Below are positions 39,501 through 48,795 of a stretch of DNA of 64,000 nucleotides, in pieces. Numbering within the stretch: position 1 is the first letter of the stretch; each line of letters opens with the position of its first letter. The notes beneath the pieces were generated by a model. That model worked only from the letters and a program-made list of their open reading frames with translations, made no database searches and had not been told where the DNA came from. The DNA is taken from assembly GCA_008690995.1 (NCBI GenBank), contig VRMN01000015.1, positions 62,001 to 126,000 on the forward strand. The letters are read 5' to 3'. The stretch is from Porphyridium purpureum. Its lineage: Eukaryota. A program made the position numbers and the translations under genes.

Positions 39501-42500
39501 TCAGCGAGAGATAAAGGTCTATCCGCATCAGTAAGGGTGCCAGTGGTCGTGTCTGTCGACGTTCGCCGTGACTTTTTCGACACCGAAGGCCCGTGAGCAC
39601 TTGGTCGCTGCACCTCGTGCGCACGTGCAAGTATCCTGCAAATCAGAGACGCATCTATAGCCTTCAAACGTAGAAGGGGATCTATCGCACCTTCAAACGA
39701 AAGAGCGCCGGCGGGAGGATGGCCATTCTCCCCCGTGGATTCGAAATCAAGGCCCTTGTTTCCACTTGGCAGGACCATGAGGAAATGAGAAAAGAGAATC
39801 TCTTTCCATTTTTCCGTGCAAAGTTCGAAACAAGCAGCCAACGACCTCATGCTTGCTTGACGTACCGCATGCTCGCACGTGGGCATGAGAAGAAGAACCA
39901 CGCGGGGATCCTTCTCCGAATCAATCACCGGTCCCCTGAGACAAGTAAGTGTATCCAGCGCCGCCATCACCAGTTCAGAATCGACCGGACCTTGTCGCCC
40001 GGCCGGCTTGTGTCTTTCCAATCCCGAATCCTGAATTGGGCCCGCCGACACTGGTGCCACAAAATGATTCAAGATGGCTTCCGCAACAGACTGAAAGTGA
40101 CCATGCCAGGCCTTCTGCTTTCCTGAAATACGTATGTTTGCCTTCATCAATGCCCGCAAAAGACCAATCTTCTTCCATTTGAGGCCATCGGTAAGCAGTT
40201 CTTCCTTCAGAAGCGTGGCAAAATACTCAGCGCACTGTCGGAATTCTGCATGTACTGCGTCATCCAGTTTGCTTGTCGTCGAACTCGAGGCCAAAGCCAG
40301 CATCACTTGCCTACGCGCCATCAAAAGTCCTGCCGAATCCTTACCCTCGGTCTCCCTCGACAAAAGTTCCGTAAACACTGGCGAAGGAGACGGTCCAGAC
40401 CCTGAATTTAAATCCACGTAAGAAGTAAGAGCAATGTAGTCCGAGATCAACGTGTCCCACACAGCAAAAGGAGCGTTGTGGGTGTCGTCAGCGATCGTTA
40501 AGAGGCTGACCTTTGCACGCTGACAGATCAGGTAAAATGACTTCTCGGGCGGTGCATGGGAATCCCACAGCACCGAGTCGAGTATTTTCACCGTGTGGGA
40601 AATGTCTTTCGCTCCCGACACAAGCACTTTCAGAGGAAAGACGCTTCCGCATCGCACGGAATTCAAAAGAAAGTCTTGAATGGATTCTATCGCCCCATGC
40701 GTAGGTGGAGAGGCTGCCCACAATCGCTCGATAAGATCAGCACCACTCAGAATTAAAGATGCGGCGTTTGCTGAGGGAATCTCTTTCAGTGTGGACAAAA
40801 GTAGATCCGATGCCATCGTCCGCGCAGCACTACTTCCAGGATCTCCAAGTACGGAGTCGAGCCTGCGCCGCATTTGCTTTCGCACCGCTGGTGAGGCTCT
40901 TCTCAAGCATCTGTTAATGTTCTGCAAGCATGGTACATACAGGTCCGCGACCACTAAAGTATCGGCAGCTGCTCCGCTTTTCGCTTTCACGCAGAGCACT
41001 AATTCCCATGCCCAAGCACATGTCGACACAGAGTGCCAATCCGTGAGAACATAGCGAATCACCATGTCCATAGGATGCGTCACTTTCTTCTTGCTCGTTC
41101 TTGGACCGGGTGTACTTTCCTTCGCCAAAATACCTTGAGCAAGGGTTTCCACCAAGCCGCGTCGGAATTCTTCCCCAAATTCTCTCCGCTGCGTCTTGGA
41201 ATTCATAGGCTTTCCACCTGACTTTGCATTATTCCGAAATTTCTTTTTCAGCTCGGCGCGATACGTCTCCATCTTCTTCTGTAGAGGAAATAGGAGACTG
41301 CTCATCCAGAAGGAGGCGGCCGTCTCGGCGCCCGGAGCGGCAACAAGGTCTAGTATCGCTCGGGAACTCCTCTGGGTTCGCTTATCTAGCACGCGAAATA
41401 AGATCAGGCACAAAATTGCCGCGGCACGTGCCCCGAGCTCGCTGGCCTCGTTTTCTCTCGCAATGTCGACCAAGCACTGTGCCATCGTCACGTATTGCTG
41501 ATTTTCAAGAACAATGAATCTCTGAAAAAAAGTCAAATCCAGTACCCACGGCTCGAACCGATCCAGAACATCTGACGGATCCAGGACACCTCTCCACTTG
41601 GCGACATTCCCGCAACCGCTCGCAATGGCTAAGACCACATCCGCATCGTGTTCGGTTCGAAGGCGGTTCTGCAGGCTCTTCAAGACAGCGTCACTTAGGA
41701 ATTGGTTTGTTCGAGCGTCTTGATGAGCGACCTTGCCATTCTGGGCTCCGATTTCGACAGCAGCACTTTGCGAAGACAAGTGCAGCGAAACCAACTGCTT
41801 GATCGCGGCTATTCGGACCGCCTTGTCTGGGTCATTGATGCGGTCCGTGACCTTCGTGATCAACCGTGCTCCATCGCCTCCTCCTGCTGCCAGCGATGTT
41901 AACTGTTCCCGTGCTATATCATCACGATGAGGATTATTCTTTACGACAAACTCGGCCACGCGGTCCCACGAAGACGTATCTTTTTCTGCATGCTTTCCAG
42001 AAGCAAAAGTGACCACTCCGTCATCGAAATCGGCAGCTCGTTGCGGACTACCTGAAGCTGACGCCAGAATCGATGCTACAGCAGTTTCCACGTACTTTAT
42101 GCGATGCACACTGTCGGTTCCTTGTCTATGCTCTGACTCAAGTACGTATACTTCTCGCAGGGCGCAGAGCGCTTGATACACAAGATGCGAAACGTGAGCA
42201 TCCGGTGCTGTTCTGACGAGTCTCGCCAGCCAAGAGATGTCCACCTCGTGGACCCGACGATGTTCGTGAAGCACCCGGTTCAAAAGCGCAACGTAAATAT
42301 GAAGGGAGAGCGTCGGCTTGAGAGCTGTCAGTATTTCAAACAAAAATTCAAACCCGTACAAGTCGGCGCACAGCACGTCCAAAGAATTCCGAATCGGGGA
42401 ATCCTCCGCCGCACCCGCATCCGATGCAGTGGCGCGCGCTTGGAAGTCAATGACAGTAAGCAAAATGCAAAGACAGTTTTGCAAGGCAACAACAGCATTT

Positions 42501-43462
42501 TGAGATATTTGCCCCGACAATTTGGAGGGGTCGCCTAGAAGACGAAGCATTGCGACAACGGAGCGAGCGCTAGACACAAAGTATTCTTGATCCAAGATAA
42601 TGTCATGCACTGAACGGGAAGAACAATGAACTGCGGCGCTTCCAATAACCATGATGCAGGCGCACACATACTCAGTGCTGCTTTCGTCAGACTGCAGGTT
42701 GATTCGAGCGAGCCCCTCCACCACCCCTCTCACGGCATGCACGAGGCGTTCAGATACATCCGGCACTGCGTTTGCATTCGCGCTCGACGCGTCCAGTACC
42801 ACATCAATCGCACATGCGGAGAATAATTGGAAGAGCGCCTTGGCGTGGATGCCATTCTTGGCACATAGGAATGCGCACCGGCTGATGGAGTGCAAGACAC
42901 TTTGAGGAGCAGCCAGCGAAACAAGTTTCCTCGGGACCGCCGTATCTGGACCGAACACCGCGGGCAGCAGGAAATCCCATTTGTGCACTTGCGCTCCGGC
43001 CTTTGCCTCTCGTTTTCTTCTCAAAAGCAACGCCTGAGCAAGTCGGCGGAACTGCTCAGTACCATGAAACGGAATGCCGCACATGAGCAGACTGTCTATG
43101 TCCTTCGGATGCTCCTCTGCGCGGTATCCGCGCACCAGCCACTCGATGCACTTTTGCGCCGGACGCAGCACGAAGAAGGGTGTGAGCACGAGGCAGAACC
43201 TGCGCACATGCGACGAGATCTGCGCGCGCGCATTTGCGTCCAGGACGCTCGGATCAACCACGCGTCCATGGAACAACGCATCCTGGAATTCGTCGAACCG
43301 CGGGTCGAGCCGTCGCAGCTGCTCACAGCCGCGCATGGCCAGCTGCGCCACATCCTGCAGCGGCTGCGCGTCGGCCTCACGCCGCGAAAACAGCACCGAC
43401 GCCTGCAGCCGCGTGTACTGCTCCTCGGCGCGCAGCTGGCCTAGCTGCTGTGCGATCGACAT
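36557..43462 (-). CDS. UTP10: U3 snoRNP protein UTP10 / HEAT repeat-containing protein 1 (BAP28)
   Basis: N-terminus MSIAQQL...ASVLFSRREAD, PFFVLRPAQKCIEWLVR.Y, IPFHGT..F; C-terminus LRLSEAQF..LF and YLTVLPEIIPLLADGLD...VE...LELHLGESI; about 2300 aa. Confidence 0.93.
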   Translation of the reverse strand: MSIAQQLGQLRAEEQYTRLQASVLFSRREADAQPLQDVAQLAMRGCEQLRRLDPRFDEFQDALFHGRVVDPSVLDANARAQISSHVRRFCLVLTPFFVLRPAQKCIEWLVRGYRAEEHPKDIDSLLMCGIPFHGTEQFRRLAQALLLRRKREAKAGAQVHKWDFLLPAVFGPDTAVPRKLVSLAAPQSVLHSISRCAFLCAKNGIHAKALFQLFSACAIDVVLDASSANANAVPDVSERLVHAVRGVVEGLARINLQSDESSTEYVCACIMVIGSAAVHCSSRSVHDIILDQEYFVSSARSVVAMLRLLGDPSKLSGQISQNAVVALQNCLCILLTVIDFQARATASDAGAAEDSPIRNSLDVLCADLYGFEFLFEILTALKPTLSLHIYVALLNRVLHEHRRVHEVDISWLARLVRTAPDAHVSHLVYQALCALREVYVLESEHRQGTDSVHRIKYVETAVASILASASGSPQRAADFDDGVVTFASGKHAEKDTSSWDRVAEFVVKNNPHRDDIAREQLTSLAAGGGDGARLITKVTDRINDPDKAVRIAAIKQLVSLHLSSQSAAVEIGAQNGKVAHQDARTNQFLSDAVLKSLQNRLRTEHDADVVLAIASGCGNVAKWRGVLDPSDVLDRFEPWVLDLTFFQRFIVLENQQYVTMAQCLVDIARENEASELGARAAAILCLILFRVLDKRTQRSSRAILDLVAAPGAETAASFWMSSLLFPLQKKMETYRAELKKKFRNNAKSGGKPMNSKTQRREFGEEFRRGLVETLAQGILAKESTPGPRTSKKKVTHPMDMVIRYVLTDWHSVSTCAWAWELVLCVKAKSGAAADTLVVADLYVPCLQNINRCLRRASPAVRKQMRRRLDSVLGDPGSSAARTMASDLLLSTLKEIPSANAASLILSGADLIERLWAASPPTHGAIESIQDFLLNSVRCGSVFPLKVLVSGAKDISHTVKILDSVLWDSHAPPEKSFYLICQRAKVSLLTIADDTHNAPFAVWDTLISDYIALTSYVDLNSGSGPSPSPVFTELLSRETEGKDSAGLLMARRQVMLALASSSTTSKLDDAVHAEFRQCAEYFATLLKEELLTDGLKWKKIGLLRALMKANIRISGKQKAWHGHFQSVAEAILNHFVAPVSAGPIQDSGLERHKPAGRQGPVDSELVMAALDTLTCLRGPVIDSEKDPRVVLLLMPTCEHAVRQASMRSLAACFELCTEKWKEILFSHFLMVLPSGNKGLDFESTGENGHPPAGALSFEGAIDPLLRLKAIDASLICRILARAHEVQRPSAHGPSVSKKSRRTSTDTTTGTLTDADRPLSLADHTRAAQQALAVLELLQHSTFIARIALPERVMESVLACLNALMASTDDVDEGKGRGPVVSLFPDVAYVRNLAVNTVLLLTTDVLPGSSFEPDGCRAMFASRFPSDIRCVPTTTFALTLARIVSNSAQHFKWSHVEACLPLWSSLLQKHALAKDAHTYSVEIVDSFAAIIQSALGAQGEGDSTALRQRCGMTWSMLVRSWDVAPAIPVSRDVELCSKIFKAIGVPSSSEHAILEPFVSALREAKVTSGWSMSACLNLFTAVVHASFELVDVQLALMRSYFATLNDYTAGAVDDDLAFGVDLLSHLVCSEEFLSRIAAKSMVLDVQEEMNQLATTCMSLCLSVRKPRTGADLYGFEEGFLAERLFRFVDALILSVPFEACVSILADPFLSSSSKCKVELRILGTRLLCDRLEACEKLGELAVPRSRETVGRVVDGVLACIDAAAVKDRNADGMKDLELAGVVALQRVATICAKREPAPFIACVPPLLKLLQETQKEALRSDVAVSVLLCFATLVRHVGASTARFIPLFVARIASLLAVGESLASIKLVEPSMFEGIVQALRMIAEKQGRYFGGAAFIDLVKYLCVTGDTAKLLRFFGTHVPFRVLLPALQACLEAALDVQNSSQYHQPLFTSTLGSIDVMVGALDKHEFEVARLDVQNMLLSLAEYNETSGCHWHLRSTCYNRLVDGLLKLCLRLSEAQFDRLFKAFEVWSTSAPSKTETRRNLLLRWLLKLQETLLELAVPYAERSVGMMLDALTAANHGHHADDVVGAEDESEKKKKSQSKKRARASGDHNTPTDLDERDAIVSSSKDLAIDNVSVWMNHTRTYVGDDAFEQLFRAISAYHVHVVVRHEEPEPRRERVYESLAWLAKNSLLAANPDDGRKRLVRVALHALEPLSSSFSFDSEAAAATDAAARVRRQLAALACSERVAIKLGKEYLTVLPEIIPLLADGLDNEEEAVEHAVRTFIAQLELHLGESILSMIVN

Positions 43463-43699
43463 GGCCACTCTCCTCCTTGCTCTCGCACCCCAACACCACG
43501 TCGTCCCTCGAACCGCCGCCTCTCTTTCTCCCTCGCGCGCGTCAACAGCGCAGGTAAGCGCTTAGAAATCACAAAACAAGCCCGTTTTATCAGCAACCGC
43601 CCGCCTGCGCGTGTGCCCCACCGCGGCGGCCCCGCGCGGTTTTCCGGCTACCGCACGTTAGCGGTTTAAACCGGTAAGGTGGCGGGTTGGTTGGATAGG

Positions 43700-44103
43700 T
43701 GAGATAAGTGCAACGAATTTTGAATGTGGCACGGTTTCGGCAAAGGGGCGCCCTTTACTTTTTCGGAGATAGTCGTCATTGCTTGCCGACCGGTCATTGT
43801 GATAAGGTGCGACCCCTCAAGTATTTGAGGGGTTGTGATTGATGCGCTCGACGCAGTTTTTGAGTCCAGGGGGACTTTTACGAGCCGAGGAGTGCCTATA
43901 TAATCAACCATCTACCAACTTCTTCGAGTTTCTCAATCCACAATAAAAGTCACGGATGATTGAACAAAGGAACTTTTCCTAAAGGTACCCTACGTGAAGT
44001 AGCCTACCGTGCAGTGCACACGAGCTGAGGACCTCCCCGCGCAAGCGGCCAGGCTCAGCTTTTTCATCCGTCGAGAGAGAGGGCAATACCGGATTTTACA
44101 ATA
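43700..44103 (+). repeat. 5' LTR (404 bp, TG...TA)
   Basis: Matches the 3' copy except T43759 vs C48451 (by eye); TATATAA at 43897 and AATAAA at 43942. Confidence 0.96.
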
Positions 44104-44140
44104 CTCATGAGTGAAGTTTGATCCGTAAGAGTAACGAAGA

Positions 44141-47100
44141 ATGTCGAACAATCCGCACAATACGCGCTTGCGAGCAGGCGCACGGATTGGAACCAGTGAA
44201 GGGGGCGGCGAATTTGGCAATGACCAGCAGCCAGCCACGTCGGCGTCACTGGAATATCCATCCGGCCCCGTGAATAATACTTCGAGCAACGCTGGAAGTC
44301 GTGCATTGTTGCAGTGGAACGAATTGCGTGGAATCCTACAGTCTCTGTCGGGGGATCAGATGCAGTCTGAATTCGCTCGAACATTTGAGAGCTCAATGCT
44401 AAATGAGATGTCGCCAGTTGAAATCCGCAACGTTGCACTATACCTTGAACAGCACCAAGCACTTGTCATCGAGCCACGAGAACGATATCGTGATGCTCTG
44501 CTGCGCATCTGTGGAAACCCTGCGGCATCTCGAAATGGGATGGCTGCGCAGTCGTCGGGAAGCGAGTCCTTACTAGCCAAGCTTGTGGACAAATGCCCAA
44601 TTTTTGACGGAACCAGCCAGACTGACTTGTCTCGCGTAACAACAGAGTTTCAGCTGGCTTGTGAGACGGCTCAAGTGGATGAAGCAGTAGCACTGCGCTT
44701 TATCAACACTGTCCTGCGAGGACTGGCCCGCTCGCATTTCCTCAAGCACCGCACCCTGTACCGCACCATTGAAGATGTGTTTCGGGATTTGCGCCTGCAT
44801 TTTGTCGGCGCGGATGTGCAGCATACGTTGTTGATGAAATGGTCAAATTTGTCACTGCCGTCCGTGCGCGCGGAATACCCAGGAGCATCTGAGCATCAAG
44901 CCCTGGAGCGCCTTTTCACTGAAGCAATTCAAGTGCAGGCTCAACTTCCGAAAGAAATGCAGTCTGACCTCAATTTGCTAGTCGCCATCAAACGCGCCGT
45001 GTTGGGAGAGCCATGTGAAAAAGCTCTACTCTACAATCCACCGAAAACCGCAGCAGAAGCCATCCAACGTCTCAAACTCTCGGCGTCTCAGGAGAAAGAG
45101 GCAGACACCTTGTGGACGCCAAAGCAATATGAGAGGCGAAAGAATAAGAAGGGACGAGACGGGCGCGTAATGAAGTGCAATAACTGCCGAAGCGAGTTTC
45201 ATTTGTACAGGCAGTGTCCTACAGCATCCGTATCGACGGACGTACGATTTGCCGAGCTAGGCTTTATCGAAGACTTCTCGGAAGATGAAAGTGACTCGTC
45301 TGCGGCTGGGCCATCGGCAGTTCCGGACGAGTCTTCGCAAGCCACGGTGGAGCGGCAACATAATGACGTCATGTTTGGTGATGCTCTGTATCTTGATGAA
45401 GATGAAACAACGAACGAGCTCGCGACGTTCTTTACGTCAGCTCTGGGCGTGCCAGGCTACGGAAAAACAATTCGACTCTGTGTGGATACCGGAGCTCCCT
45501 TATCTGTTGTCGGCATGCGTTCCTTGCGAGCATATCGTTCCCGAAACAATGTTCGAATGACGCCGGGTCGTCCCGTGTCATTCAAGTTCGGCTCTAGTCT
45601 ACAGCCTTCCCTCGGTGTGGTCAGCGTGCGAGTACCAATTAGTGGAGGCCAGTTCTTTGAGTATAAGACGCACGTCGTCGATGACCCGTCGGACAAGCCC
45701 CTTCCATTTCTTTTAGGAAACGATGCCCTACGGAATGCAACAGTTCATTTGGGAGACCAACCGTCAGTGACCCTGCACACTGGTGACAAAATTGACTTAG
45801 AGCGCAAGGAGGGTCATCTCACCAAAGAACTAGAAGTGGAGACATTGTATACTGCAGCCGAAGCCATCAAATTGCACCGTCGGTTTGGCCATCTTCCGGG
45901 TGACCGAATCATGCAGCTTGTAAAGAAAGCCAGCCCGGATTTGCAGGAAGCAGACTTGAAAATGCTCGCAAAATTACTTGGCGACGCGCGATCATCGTGC
46001 GAAGTTTGTGAGTTTCGCGAAGAAAAGCCATTGCGGCCTGCAGTGAGCGGGCGATTCCCAGAAGAAATTTTGTTCAACGAGACCGTGTTGATGGATGTAT
46101 GCTTTTTCAGAGAAAGACCGGTGCTCCAGGTGACGTGCAGGGACACGGGATATACGGTAGCTCGGTTTCTAGCTTCCAAACGGGCAAAGGATGTCATTAC
46201 GGCTTTCCTGGAAGGCTGGGTCTGTCATACAAGCGGTTTACCATCCACTGTGCGCGCAGATATGGGCACAGAATTTGTCAATGTAGACTTGTCCACAACA
46301 CTGTTGAGCATGGGCGTACACATGGAAACTAATGGCGTGGAAGCACCATGGCAGTTAGGAAGGGGAGAAAATGCGCATGGACCATTGAAACGTATTTTGG
46401 ACAAGATAATCCATTCCGAAACTGATGTCGACCCCGATTTGGCCTTAGCGATGGCGCAGAAAGCAATGAACGATTGCATGAATCCTCTAGGTCTCGTGCC
46501 AACTCTCCTCGTTTTTGGATGCACACCTAGAACTCCGTTAGGCACCAACGTTATGGGGTCGCCGGACCAACGAGCGCGCCTACTGCTGATGAAAACAGCA
46601 CGCGCAGAATACGAACTCTTGGTGGCCCACGAGAGGCTAAACCGTGCCTTGTCATCCAGGTATCCGACTGAGTCGTTACTCAAGGTAGGAGACAGTGTCA
46701 AAGTCTATCGCTACACACGCAAGCTCTGGGAGGGTCCACTCAAACTCTCAGCGATCGACTACAACACGAACATGGCAACCGTGCAGTCGCCGTCCGGAAC
46801 CTATCAAAATTTCAGTGTGGCGGTCATAAGACCATTTCGGGAGCGCACACTTGGACTGATGCGGCCTGACACTGGTCCAACATATTTCCAAGATGTATTA
46901 GAGACCGAGGTTTACAACGAAGCAAAACAAGATGAGCTGCAAGGGCTCGAGAACCGCGCGGTGTTCAAAACGGTACAAACGAGCCAAGCTCCAGTGGGCA
47001 GTAACGTACTGCACACCAAGTGGGTGCTTAAAACTAAGGAGGCGCCAGGAGGTGAATTCGTGCGGAAAGCAAGATTGACTGTCTTAGGCCACCTCGACCG

Positions 47101-48394
47101 CGACAAGCACATGCAAGTCCCGGAAGCGCCAACCTTGCGGTCGATGTCTCTGATGCTTTTACTGGCTCATGCGGTAGCCTCTGACCTAGAAGTTTGGACC
47201 ATGGACGCTGTGCAAGCCTTCTTACAAAGTACGTTTCCCTTGGACCGAGAAGTTTACGTAGTGCCCCCGCCGGAGTGGAAACCAGAGGCAAAACTTCGCT
47301 TGTGGAAACTGTTGAAGCCACTGTACGGACTTGCAGACGCGCCGACGTATTGGAACGCTTCCCTGACCTCTGCCATTAAGAACATCGCGGCAGCATCTTC
47401 CACTGACCCGTGCCTCTTCCGCTCAGAGCGCGGGTGGCTGGGCGTGTATGTCGATGACATAATCTGTGTAGGGGACAAGCAGTTCGAGAATACTGCAGCC
47501 CAACTCTTGGGCACCTTTGAGATGAAAACACAAAACCCATTGTCCCGCGGAGGCAATCTGAAATTCGCAGGTATTACTATCCAAAAATGGGACAGAACTT
47601 TGTCGGTGGACCAAGCTACGTTTGCGGCTCAGCTAGTGTCCTCCAAGCCACCAGAAACTTTCGCAGAACTGCGGACCTTTCGAGGCAAAGTCACGTGGTT
47701 AGCGACCCGGACACGACCGGACCTCAGTTTTGTGGCAGCCATGGCGATGCAGGTTACAGAAAGCTCATTTTCCGTTGAATATGCAAGGCAACTGCATAAA
47801 AGCTTTCGCGACACAACGAACGAGTGGAATGGGTCTTTGAAGATCCCTAAACTTGGCAAGGGAAAGAGGCTCGTGATTTTTGCGGACGCCAGCTTCGCAG
47901 GTAATCTGGATCTGTCCAGTCAGGTAGCCTTCATGATAGTCCTGCGGGACGACGCTGGGCAAGCAATTCCGATCGCATGGGCATCGAAAAAGACGCGCAG
48001 GATCACCAGATCCGTGCTAGCAGCTGAGCTCATGGCGCTCATGGAAGGATTCGATTTTGCGATTTTTGTTCAAGAGACCATGCGAAGCATGAAGATTCAC
48101 GTGCCGCTGCACTTGTGCACGGACAGCAAGTCTATCTTTGATGCAATGTCGACGACCAAACTGCCGGCAGAGAAACGGCTGGCAATAGATTTGTCCGTAC
48201 TCCGTGAAGCCTTTCTTTCAGGAGAGATTGATGCTGTCCTTTGGACACGTACCGACGGAAACATCGCGGATGGATTAACGAAGACGAAAGCGAACAAGGC
48301 ACTTCGCCAGTTCTTGCAGACAGGCATACTGGATATGACAGTAGAGCAGCAAATCAAAGCAAACAAAACAGAAAAAGAGAAGAAGAGCGAGTGA
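44141..48394 (+). CDS. Copia Gag-Pol polyprotein (1417 aa, uninterrupted)
   Basis: Zinc knuckle CNNCRSEFHLYRQC; protease VDTGA; integrase HRRFGH...CEVC with D..D..E (MDV, ADMG, GEN); RT KARLTVLG, DAVQAFLQ, LYGLADAP, YVDD; RNase H DASF, LAAE, TDSKS, NIADGLTK. INT-before-RT order is diagnostic of copia. Confidence 0.97.
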   Translation: MSNNPHNTRLRAGARIGTSEGGGEFGNDQQPATSASLEYPSGPVNNTSSNAGSRALLQWNELRGILQSLSGDQMQSEFARTFESSMLNEMSPVEIRNVALYLEQHQALVIEPRERYRDALLRICGNPAASRNGMAAQSSGSESLLAKLVDKCPIFDGTSQTDLSRVTTEFQLACETAQVDEAVALRFINTVLRGLARSHFLKHRTLYRTIEDVFRDLRLHFVGADVQHTLLMKWSNLSLPSVRAEYPGASEHQALERLFTEAIQVQAQLPKEMQSDLNLLVAIKRAVLGEPCEKALLYNPPKTAAEAIQRLKLSASQEKEADTLWTPKQYERRKNKKGRDGRVMKCNNCRSEFHLYRQCPTASVSTDVRFAELGFIEDFSEDESDSSAAGPSAVPDESSQATVERQHNDVMFGDALYLDEDETTNELATFFTSALGVPGYGKTIRLCVDTGAPLSVVGMRSLRAYRSRNNVRMTPGRPVSFKFGSSLQPSLGVVSVRVPISGGQFFEYKTHVVDDPSDKPLPFLLGNDALRNATVHLGDQPSVTLHTGDKIDLERKEGHLTKELEVETLYTAAEAIKLHRRFGHLPGDRIMQLVKKASPDLQEADLKMLAKLLGDARSSCEVCEFREEKPLRPAVSGRFPEEILFNETVLMDVCFFRERPVLQVTCRDTGYTVARFLASKRAKDVITAFLEGWVCHTSGLPSTVRADMGTEFVNVDLSTTLLSMGVHMETNGVEAPWQLGRGENAHGPLKRILDKIIHSETDVDPDLALAMAQKAMNDCMNPLGLVPTLLVFGCTPRTPLGTNVMGSPDQRARLLLMKTARAEYELLVAHERLNRALSSRYPTESLLKVGDSVKVYRYTRKLWEGPLKLSAIDYNTNMATVQSPSGTYQNFSVAVIRPFRERTLGLMRPDTGPTYFQDVLETEVYNEAKQDELQGLENRAVFKTVQTSQAPVGSNVLHTKWVLKTKEAPGGEFVRKARLTVLGHLDRDKHMQVPEAPTLRSMSLMLLLAHAVASDLEVWTMDAVQAFLQSTFPLDREVYVVPPPEWKPEAKLRLWKLLKPLYGLADAPTYWNASLTSAIKNIAAASSTDPCLFRSERGWLGVYVDDIICVGDKQFENTAAQLLGTFEMKTQNPLSRGGNLKFAGITIQKWDRTLSVDQATFAAQLVSSKPPETFAELRTFRGKVTWLATRTRPDLSFVAAMAMQVTESSFSVEYARQLHKSFRDTTNEWNGSLKIPKLGKGKRLVIFADASFAGNLDLSSQVAFMIVLRDDAGQAIPIAWASKKTRRITRSVLAAELMALMEGFDFAIFVQETMRSMKIHVPLHLCTDSKSIFDAMSTTKLPAEKRLAIDLSVLREAFLSGEIDAVLWTRTDGNIADGLTKTKANKALRQFLQTGILDMTVEQQIKANKTEKEKKSE
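48371..48391 (+). other. Polypurine tract (plus-strand primer) of the retrotransposon
   Basis: GAAAAAGAGAAGAAGAGCGAG immediately 5' of the 3' LTR. Confidence 0.8.
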
Positions 48395-48795
48395 GATAAG
48401 TGCAACGAATTTTGAATGTGGCACGGTTTCGGCAAAGGGGCGCCCTTTACCTTTTCGGAGATAGTCGTCATTGCTTGCCGACCGGTCATTGTGATAAGGT
48501 GCGACCCCTCAAGTATTTGAGGGGTTGTGATTGATGCGCTCGACGCAGTTTTTGAGTCCAGGGGGACTTTTACGAGCCGAGGAGTGCCTATATAATCAAC
48601 CATCTACCAACTTCTTCGAGTTTCTCAATCCACAATAAAAGTCACGGATGATTGAACAAAGGAACTTTTCCTAAAGGTACCCTACGTGAAGTAGCCTACC
48701 GTGCAGTGCACACGAGCTGAGGACCTCCCCGCGCAAGCGGCCAGGCTCAGCTTTTTCATCCGTCGAGAGAGAGGGCAATACCGGATTTTACAATA
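48392..48795 (+). repeat. 3' LTR (404 bp, TG...TA)
   Basis: Near-identical to 43700-44103; its first three bases (TGA) form the pol stop codon. Confidence 0.96.

Larger units (their letters stand above)
43700..48795 (+). mobile_element. Full-length Ty1/copia LTR retrotransposon (GalEa-like)
   Basis: Direct repeats 43700-44103 and 48392-48795; 5-bp target-site duplication ATAGG at 43695-43699 and 48796-48800; single gag-PR-INT-RT-RH ORF; polypurine tract just before the 3' LTR. Confidence 0.97.

Noticed and set aside
43802..43814. ATAAGGTGCGACC in the LTR matches the outer end of the Tc1 inverted repeat
   Set aside because: Only 13 nt, found post hoc, with no extension into the CGGATAGGGGAC core; treated as coincidence.
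43666..43911. Minus-strand ORFs starting in both LTRs (also 48097-48603)
   Set aside because: They recur only because the LTR is duplicated; no recognisable product.
44099..44100. Canonical CA end for the LTR at ...TTTTACA
   Set aside because: Identity between LTRs extends 3 more bases (ATA), and only the TA end gives the perfect ATAGG duplication.
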